DNA from: a virus
Lineage: Duplodnaviria > Caudoviricetes
Direction: 5' to 3' (one strand)
DNA length: 36,643 nt
Virus record (IMG/VR): IMGVR_UViG_3300010005_000034
Location: 1-36,643 of that record
In this document: one piece after another, positions 33,792 to 36,643 of the stretch
Layout: each line of letters begins with the position of its first letter
How positions within the stretch are numbered: the stretch's first letter is position 1
Translations under genes and position numbers: made by a program
The notes under the pieces: generated by a model
Told to the model about the DNA's origin: nothing
What the model saw: only the letters and a program-made list of their open reading frames with translations
The model's database searches: none

Positions 33792-34967
33792 GTGGCCGAT
33801 ACCGAATACGCAGCTCTGCTGGCGGCATCCTCAACGAATGTGATGCAGCCGACCGATCAACTCGTGCTCGTCCGTGGCGGCGTGCCGAGACCGTTCAATG
33901 GAACGCTTCCGGCGATCTCGGCGGCGGGGGCGTACTCAATCCTCGGCGGCGGCGACATATTCGAGGTAGGAGCCGGAGCGCGTAGATTGCGCCACTCTGC
34001 CGACAGCGGCGGCGTTTTCGTAGCGACTGGCGCGGGGCAGACCGGCAGCGGCTTCTACTATGACGAGGCGAACAAGCAGGTTCGCTGCTACACGGATAGC
34101 GCAGAGCGGTGGCGCGTCGATGCGTCCGGCAATTTGCTGGTCGGCGCCAGCTCGCCTGCGTTCAGTAGTCATACCATCAACAAGGCCGTCGCCGCCACGA
34201 CTGCGATCCTGACAGTCCAGAGCACCGGCACGGGCTACAACTCTGCCATCTTTCTAGCCGCCGATGGCCATGGGTATTCTACAAGCGGCGCCGCGATGTG
34301 GGTGGGAAAATACACCGGCAGCGGTCGCGGCATGAATGTCGGTGGCACCGTCAACGCCAGCGGCTCCGACTATGCTGAGTACATCAGGAAGGCGCTCGCC
34401 TGGCTGGAGATTGCGTTCCTCAAAGGCCAGGTGCTCGGCATCGACCATGACGGGAATCTGACCGGCAGCTGGAGCGTGGCGCACAGCTTTGTTATCAAGA
34501 GCTATGACCCGTCGATCGTTGGCGGTGACACATGGTCGAAGCATTTGCTGAGGCCTGCGGAGCCGGTGCGACCGGCCAACGACGGTACGGAAGATGCCAT
34601 CGCCGATGCCAAGGCAGCCCACGCCGCCGCGATGGCGCAGTACGACATCGACCTAGCGGCGTTCGAGGCGGCGCTAGAGGAGGCCCGCCGCACCGTCGAC
34701 CGCATCGCATTCAGCGGGCAGGTGCCGGTGATCGTGCATGGCGCCTATGCGCCGGGCCAGTATCTGGTCGCGTTCGAGGGCGAGGGTGACACCATCGAGT
34801 GCCGGGCGCTCGATTGGGCCGATATCGTCGCCGATCCCGCGCGGCTCCTGGAGACGCGTATCGTCGGCAAGGTGTGGGCCGTGCGGCAGGTCCAGCTCGA
34901 TCCCGCCGATACCAGCGACGCGCCCGAGATGGTCACGCGCGCCTGGGCCAATGTGTTGCATCGCTGA
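33792..34967 (+). CDS. tail fibre/spike with C-terminal peptidase G2-type intramolecular chaperone
   Basis: ERWRVDASGNLLVG fibre repeat, GTVNASGSDYAEY and VDRIAFSGQVPV. Confidence 0.8.
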   Translation: MADTEYAALLAASSTNVMQPTDQLVLVRGGVPRPFNGTLPAISAAGAYSILGGGDIFEVGAGARRLRHSADSGGVFVATGAGQTGSGFYYDEANKQVRCYTDSAERWRVDASGNLLVGASSPAFSSHTINKAVAATTAILTVQSTGTGYNSAIFLAADGHGYSTSGAAMWVGKYTGSGRGMNVGGTVNASGSDYAEYIRKALAWLEIAFLKGQVLGIDHDGNLTGSWSVAHSFVIKSYDPSIVGGDTWSKHLLRPAEPVRPANDGTEDAIADAKAAHAAAMAQYDIDLAAFEAALEEARRTVDRIAFSGQVPVIVHGAYAPGQYLVAFEGEGDTIECRALDWADIVADPARLLETRIVGKVWAVRQVQLDPADTSDAPEMVTRAWANVLHR

Positions 34968-35332
34968 TGGCCGAGACCGTCGATCCCGTATTCGCGCAGT
35001 GGCTCCAGGATGAGGGGCTTTGGTCGCTGGTGGAGGATGCGCCCGCGATCACGCGCTGGGCAGCTGGTGCGGTCACGTCCGAGCGCATGACCTCGATCGC
35101 GTTCAAGGCCGATGCGGACGCCGAGGCGGCGCGCCAGCTCGCTTTCCTCAAGGGGCCCTTGGTGATTGACGAGCACGTCATCGCTGGAGACTGGCGCCGC
35201 TATCGTGGCCAGGTGATCACGATCACCGGCGACAAGCTTGGCTACGACGCCGGCATCAACGTGTTCGTCCTCGCGGTCACGGACGATCTCGCGACCGGCC
35301 TCTCCACCGTCACCGTGATCCGGAGGCTCTGA
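34967..35332 (+). CDS. tail protein resembling a hub C-terminal domain
   Basis: TSIAFKADADAEAARQLAFL..GQVITITGDKLGY..STVTVI; TGATG-coupled. Confidence 0.65.
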   Translation: MAETVDPVFAQWLQDEGLWSLVEDAPAITRWAAGAVTSERMTSIAFKADADAEAARQLAFLKGPLVIDEHVIAGDWRRYRGQVITITGDKLGYDAGINVFVLAVTDDLATGLSTVTVIRRL

Positions 35333-35336
35333 GCCC

Positions 35337-36128
35337 ATGGCGAATATCCTGATCCTGTCCCCGGCCAAGATCGTGGCGATCGCCGCGTCGCGCGGCAGCG
35401 GCGACCAGAACCTGCTCACGCCGCACCCTAAGGAAGTCTGGGCGGACAATGCCGTGGGCTCGGCCGCCACGATCAGCATTGACCTGGGCGCCGCCCGCTC
35501 GATCGACACGATCTTCCTTGGCCATGTGCTTCCCCCGGCAACGGGCGCGACCTGGTCCATCACGGGTGGCCTGGCCGGCTATGCCGAGACGGTCATCGCC
35601 GGCAGCGGCCCGTTGCGGGTACCGGACGTGGTCGGGCGCTTCCCGGCGCTCAGCCACGCCTTCTGGCACGATGCCCCGATCAACGTCCGCTATGTGCGGA
35701 TCAGCGTCACCCAACCGGCCGGATCGCCCGCGCTCACGATCGGAGTGGTCCAGCTCGGCCGGGCGTTCACGCCGATGTTCAATAGGGAATGGGGCAGCGG
35801 ACGCCGCCCGATCGACACGGGCACCGTGACCAGCTTGCCGGACGGCGGGTTCGCGGTCGTCGAAGGCGTGCGCAAGTCCGCCTGCTACTGGTCGCTCGGG
35901 GATCTGGGCGACGACGAGCTGGCGACGCTGAACGAACTGGTGCTCGATCGCGGCACCTCGCGCCCGCTCCTCGTCGCCGAGGATCCGGCGATCACGGCCG
36001 GCTTGCGCCGACGCCTGCATTACGGTCTGTTCGGCCAGTTCAAGCAGTACGAGCGGCAGAGCCCCGGCCGGACGCGCTGGGAACTGTCGATCGAGGAATG
36101 GGGCGCAGACGAAAGCGCGCCGCTATGA
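35337..36128 (+). CDS. tail structural protein (distal-tail-like)
   Basis: ISIDLGAARSIDTIFLGH..VRYVRISV..FNREWGSG..YGLF; beta-rich. Confidence 0.65.
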   Translation: MANILILSPAKIVAIAASRGSGDQNLLTPHPKEVWADNAVGSAATISIDLGAARSIDTIFLGHVLPPATGATWSITGGLAGYAETVIAGSGPLRVPDVVGRFPALSHAFWHDAPINVRYVRISVTQPAGSPALTIGVVQLGRAFTPMFNREWGSGRRPIDTGTVTSLPDGGFAVVEGVRKSACYWSLGDLGDDELATLNELVLDRGTSRPLLVAEDPAITAGLRRRLHYGLFGQFKQYERQSPGRTRWELSIEEWGADESAPL

Positions 36129-36193
36129 GGCGTCTGAGTGGCCTCTGAGCGATACCTGGAATTGGTCTGCGGTGACTAGAATTGGGGGTGGGA

Positions 36194-36643
36194 ATGAGCG
36201 TTGATGAAATCCGGCAATCGCTATCGACCGGCCTGCTGATCCCATTTGGAGCCGGTGCGGCTGTCGCCGCCTATATCTTTGCCCCTTTGGTTCCGTGGAT
36301 CGATCCCAGTGCCCTAGCGACCTTCGGGGCCCTAGCGGCGGTCGGATTCGCGTTGATGCTAAGCGCGGTTCACAACGCCCGTACTCAATCCGCGCTCAGG
36401 TTCAACTGGTGGGGCGGCCTCGCGCTTATCGGTTTCGGCATGATCGCTCTCGTTCCCCACGTGGACGCCGCGCAGCATGCTGTTCAGCGGTGGAGAGCTC
36501 AGTGCTCCGCGCTCCAGAAGGACATGATGCTGCTCAAGCCCCATCGGACCGACAGCGCAGCCATCTTCGGAGCGATGGGGTGCAAGCCGGTGGCGACCAC
36601 CGTCCTCCAGTTCTCGAACCGGCCGGTGACTTCCACCCGCTAA
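36194..36643 (+). CDS. membrane protein (right-end moron-like)
   Basis: Three hydrophobic helices, a C-terminal Cys pair and codon usage unlike the core genes. Confidence 0.65.
   Translation: MSVDEIRQSLSTGLLIPFGAGAAVAAYIFAPLVPWIDPSALATFGALAAVGFALMLSAVHNARTQSALRFNWWGGLALIGFGMIALVPHVDAAQHAVQRWRAQCSALQKDMMLLKPHRTDSAAIFGAMGCKPVATTVLQFSNRPVTSTR

Larger units (their letters stand above)
776..36128. mobile_element. Mu-like transposable prophage with non-contractile tail (ends not visible; flanking ORFs 1-772 and 36194-36643 probably also belong to it)
   Basis: MuA/MuB, Ner, GemA, Mor and gp25-gp37-like genes occur in Mu order. There is a tail tube and a long tape measure but no sheath or baseplate genes. 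Many genes overlap via ATGA/GTGA. Confidence 0.95.

Noticed and set aside
1-36643. Mu termini (TG...CA, MuA binding sites, 5-bp duplication), gam, mom, gin, tail sheath, DGR reverse transcriptase
   Set aside because: None recognisable. The window begins and ends on ORF boundaries, so the termini probably lie outside it.

Overview
The window is almost entirely a near-complete Mu-like transposable prophage with a long non-contractile (siphoviral) tail module. The GC-rich sequence and gene families suggest an alphaproteobacterial, Sphingomonas-like host (inference). From left to right it carries two small accessory ORFs, a minus-strand CI/S24 repressor, and an operator region with four 14-bp dyads. 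Next come Ner, a ParB-like protein, a block of small regulatory/Zn-finger genes, MuA transposase, MuB-like ATPase, a DnaA-domain-IV protein, GemA and a Mor/C activator. The late region holds a lysis cassette (GH19 endolysin, holin candidates, Rz/Rz1 spanins), TraR, gp25-27, terminase, portal, MuF, gpG, protease/scaffold, capsid, neck, tail tube, a frameshifted chaperone, tape measure, tail tip/fibre genes and a terminal membrane-protein gene. The Mu termini are not visible. Highlights are (1) MuF with a C-terminal PBECR-like RNase domain, followed not by an immunity gene but by a compact three-way-junction RNA that overlaps its stop codon, and (2) two matching late-promoter dyads with identical spacing. 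Also notable are (3) an apparently split and rearranged tail hub module, (4) stand-alone LexA and DnaA DNA-binding-domain mimics, and (5) a recurring phased GCCTCTSAG motif together with a ParB protein. All family assignments come from recognising motifs and synteny by eye; no database search was run.
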